Source: Vezdaea acicularis (taxonomy: Eukaryota). Taken from it: a stretch of DNA of 51,731 nt. The translations under genes and the position numbers were made by a program. The stretch lies in NCBI GenBank assembly GCA_026025075.1, contig JAPEUI010000001.1:372001-423731 (forward strand), written 5' to 3'. Within the stretch, counting starts at the first letter, position 1; each line of letters opens with the position of its first letter. Under the pieces are notes generated by a model. The model was given only the letters and a program-made list of their open reading frames with translations. It ran no database searches and was not told where the DNA came from. This document shows, piece by piece, positions 49,801 through 51,731 of this stretch.

Positions 49801-51731
49801 AATAGGGATAGATAGATGGACAGATAGACGGAATGCGGTTCGAAAAGGGGGGAAGACGCGGGTGCGAAATCCTCCGATAAAGTTGCCGGCCGCGGTTTGC
49901 TGCAAGTTTATCAGCGGCTGGCTGGCCGGCAAAGTAGTGATAGATGGAGGGGACAATGAGGCTGCGGCGATGGGTGGATGGGTAATTGTCATGTCATGCA
50001 CTTCCCGACAAGGCTTGGCACGAGGTCGTGAGCCCTGGGAAAGGACGGTCCTGCTGCGTCCGTTGGCTGGTGAGAGAGGAATGTGGTGTCAGGCACAGCA
50101 TCCACATTCCAAGCTTATTCATTGACCCTCCCCTTTCCTCGGCTGGAGAACCCCTCGATGAGAAATACAGGCACCATCCACACCGCCCACATGTCTTCCC
50201 CCCTTCCATACCACGCCCCGCCAAGCCCCCCTCCTCGAATTCCTCGCCCAATCGGCACTCCCCCACCCCGCCCTGCCAAGCGCGGCTTCTCCCACCCGCC
50301 ACACACCCCCAGACATCCTCTTTCCAGCCTCGGCTCTCCATCACTTGATTGGCCCACGGTAGATCCCCCTTTGGCAGAGACGCTGTTTCAGAATCTTCGC
50401 CACGCCAGCCAATGAACCCCCTTGTGCGTGAGTAATCGCCGCAAAAAAACCCAAACGAGACCTGGCAAACAAACCGACAAACAACAAGTCAAATGTTTGA
50501 TCGACCCGAGCGCCTACTCGAGCTCGTCAGTAAGCGCCCACCGGCGAGCAAACCACGGCAGCTCTGTTTGTGGCGAAATAAGAAAGAAGAGCTGGATGGT
50601 TCATGCTTGCTATTTCTAGGCTTTGTGTTACCGTAGCTGGCGTACTGCACTGCATGTGCGGCTCTCTCGGCGGCTCTTTATTGTCTTCCTACAATCCTAT
50701 CACGACTCGGCGTCCAACTGCACTAGAGGGAGAGAGATTTTGAGCGCAGAGCAAAGAGAGAACGAAGCCATAGATGGGGTTGATTCAGAGGTCGCCCTGG
50801 TCTTTTCCTTGTCCGCTTTAGAACTTGATTTTTGGACTGCGGCGTGTTCTAAGAGTTTCCGCTTCCGGAAGGGCGGGGCGTCGGTAGGGAGGACATACGA
50901 CCGGACAGTCTTTTTTTTTTTTTTTCGGCTCACACGTTCACATAGGGAGGGAAATGAAAGAAATTGTAGAAAATAAATTAAATTTCTCTAGAAACCTTCC
51001 GGTTGGGGCCAAGCCATCTCTTTTTTTTAAACCCGAGTTGGGGGCTTGGAGGGTCGAAGAAGGGAAATTTCGACCAGCTTAGCTACCTACCCGTGGAAGA
51101 ACTCCCCACGGAACACTTCATCGCGGCACAAAGAAAGACCAAAAATTCTCTCAATATCACATCTCCCACCTTCCACTTCTTTCCCCCCCCTCTTGCCCCT
51201 CGTGAGCCCCTTCTCCGGGCCCTTTCCCGGATACATAACACTTTGTCCCAACCTTCTCCCCCACCACACACGCCACGTTTCACCAGCTTAATCCCACCGT
51301 GAACATCCAACCGGCATCACCATCACCACCACCATTAATACCATTGACCCAAACTTTAATTTTTGAGAGGAATTCTTTTTGGGGGTGGTGAGGAAGATGG
51401 TGCGTAGGAGGATACGATACGGGATAAGTGCTTGGAAACGAGGTGTGGTAAGGAAGGGTAGCCGGGGGGGAAGGGAAGTTACGAGAGTAGTTTAGGCGCG
51501 AGAAAATCTCTTACTTCTCTCGCACGGTATCCAGGAGGACATACCCCGTATGCAAAGAAAAAGCGACTCGATCTCAAACCACGAGCTCAGAAGCGAGCGA
51601 TTTGCTCGTGCTTTCCCGTGTTTCTAAATCTAGGACAATGCATCGAAACATCTCAGGCGATCTATCTACATGCTTTCATTTTTCGTCAAATTTCGTTTGA
51701 GCAAAATAAAATGCACCGTCCGAACATCTCC

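Overview
Intron-containing genomic DNA from a filamentous ascomycete (Pezizomycotina): short GT-AG introns with CTRAY branch points. Most short entries in the ORF track are shadow frames or exon fragments. Positions 1-37 kb form a dense housekeeping and signalling block: glycogen phosphorylase, group III G-alpha, HOG1/SakA MAPK, Avl9, dynactin p27-like, TPR/Mlp1, TFIIE-beta, RIB3, a small membrane protein, an EngB/YihA-type GTPase, COQ3, FMC1, CDC4 and a DUF1295 protein. About 37.3-44.6 kb looks accessory. It holds a secreted heme-thiolate peroxidase that appears to lack the usual distal Glu/Arg pair, an orphan cysteine-free secreted protein with Kex2 sites, a ~252-bp tandem duplication and an orphan 8-Cys secreted protein. 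A Pcl1-like Pho85 cyclin follows, with at least 4.8 kb of apparently non-coding upstream DNA. I saw no tRNA, rRNA, CRISPR array or intact transposon. Exon boundaries were read by eye and family calls come from remembered motifs, not database searches.
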